This document shows, piece by piece, positions 62,992 through 64,000 of a stretch of DNA of 64,000 bases. The position numbers were made by a program, and so were the translations under genes. Each line of letters begins with the position of its first letter. Positions within the stretch are counted from its first letter, which is position 1. Source of the stretch: Phaeosaccion multiseriatum (taxonomy: Eukaryota > Protista > Ochrophyta, other classes). Under the pieces are notes generated by a model that saw nothing but the letters and a program-made list of their open reading frames with translations, was not told where the DNA came from and ran no database searches. The stretch is from NCBI GenBank assembly GCA_965112735.1, contig OZ218960.1, positions 1,488,001 through 1,552,000 of the forward strand. Direction: 5' to 3'.

Positions 62992-63421
62992 CTACTTCGT
63001 CCCTGCTGCTATCGCACCTTCAAGCAGCCTCACCACTGCCACGTGCCCGGCTGCGGTGGCCAGTTCGCGAGCCGTCTCTCCGGCGCTGTTCGTAGCGTCC
63101 ACTCTCGCCCCTCGGGACAGAAGAAGCGCCGTCGCCTTCACCGCTCCACCCGCGGCAGCGAGGTGCAGCGCAGTGAAGCCGAGGCAATTCGCCGCCTCAA
63201 TGCTCCCGTTAGAGTCGAGGAGGCGCTTCACCACCTGCCAGTGCTCCCCCTGGGCAGCGCAGTGTAGAGCCGTGTTCTTATCCGGCTCTCGCCTCGCCTC
63301 AATGTCCGCTCCCGCGAGCAGGAGCCGGCCCACGAGGCACTCGTGCCCGAGTCGAGCCGCCATGTGGAGACATGTCTCCGTCTCTGCCTTCGTCTCCTCG
63401 GAGCTCTTTCCAGCCCCGCTG

Positions 63422-63452
<31 letters not shown>

Positions 63453-63804
63453 ATGCACCAGTACCACTTCTCTTCTCGTCGTCCTCGTCTACCGAATCCA
63501 CAAAGGCAAGAAGCATGCGTCGCGTCCCGTGAACAAAATACAGAGAGAGGGGCCGCTTCATCTCCTCGCCGGAGCGATCAAAAGTAGGAGGATGCTTCCT
63601 CTTCTCCTCCTCCTCCTCCTTGCCCACTACCCCCTGCTGCCGCTCCCCCCCCCCTACTTCTTCTCCGCCGGCGCCATTGTCATCGCCTTTCTTGTACCGC
63701 GTATACCTCGTATGCACGCTTGCGCCCCTCTCCATAAAGAGCATTGCTGCGTCCGTATGCCCCGCCAACACGGCACTGAGCAGCAACCGCTCGAAGGGAA
63801 TCAT
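62992..63804 (-). CDS. Ankyrin-repeat protein (5' end may extend upstream)
   Basis: TCLHMAARLGH..GADIE, TALHCAAQGEH, TALHLAAAGG..GARVD. Confidence 0.85.
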
Positions 63805-64000
63805 GCACGAAAGAGTCCGCCCCTCCCCAACCTCCGGACGGCCGCAGCATCGCGACCCCCTGCTCTCTCGCCGCAGTGCTTCTCCTCTCGCTAGCGCATC
63901 TACTGCTGTCTCACCACCACTGATGCTCTCCGGCCCCTGGCTCGTCCCAGCCGGAGGCTCCCCGAAGGCCCGCTTGTTCCGCCCCCCGGCCGATCGATGC

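Overview
Eukaryotic, intron-rich genomic DNA with very microsatellite-rich introns. Gene content suggests an ochrophyte/stramenopile alga, but this is an inference. Most long ORFs in the supplied track are repeat artefacts, so genes were rebuilt by hand from GT-AG splice sites. In order: (1) a NUDT7/8-type Nudix hydrolase (-). (2) A 10-kb cluster of four intact paralogs and one TE-split pseudogene of a secreted Ser/Gly-rich protein family I do not recognise, with Tyr/His/Trp/Cys modules and recurrent RxL motifs. (3) Chromovirus and hAT remnants. (4) A 14.5-kb PPR gene ending in an Smr-like domain (-), carrying a 1.5-kb (GGGTA)n array in one intron. (5) CD2BP2 (+). (6) An orphan poly-Gly gene (-). 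(7) A CAMK-group kinase (+). (8) A probable ankyrin + tyrosine-kinase-like pseudokinase + RING fusion (+). (9) A beta-propeller membrane protein (-). (10) UPRT (+). (11) A secreted GDPH/root-cap-type protein (-). (12) An ankyrin protein (-). Non-genic signals: several introns have (GT)n at the 5' end and (CA)n at the 3' end, and a dispersed motif GCAGTTGGTGATACAGCAG recurs in unrelated exons and introns.
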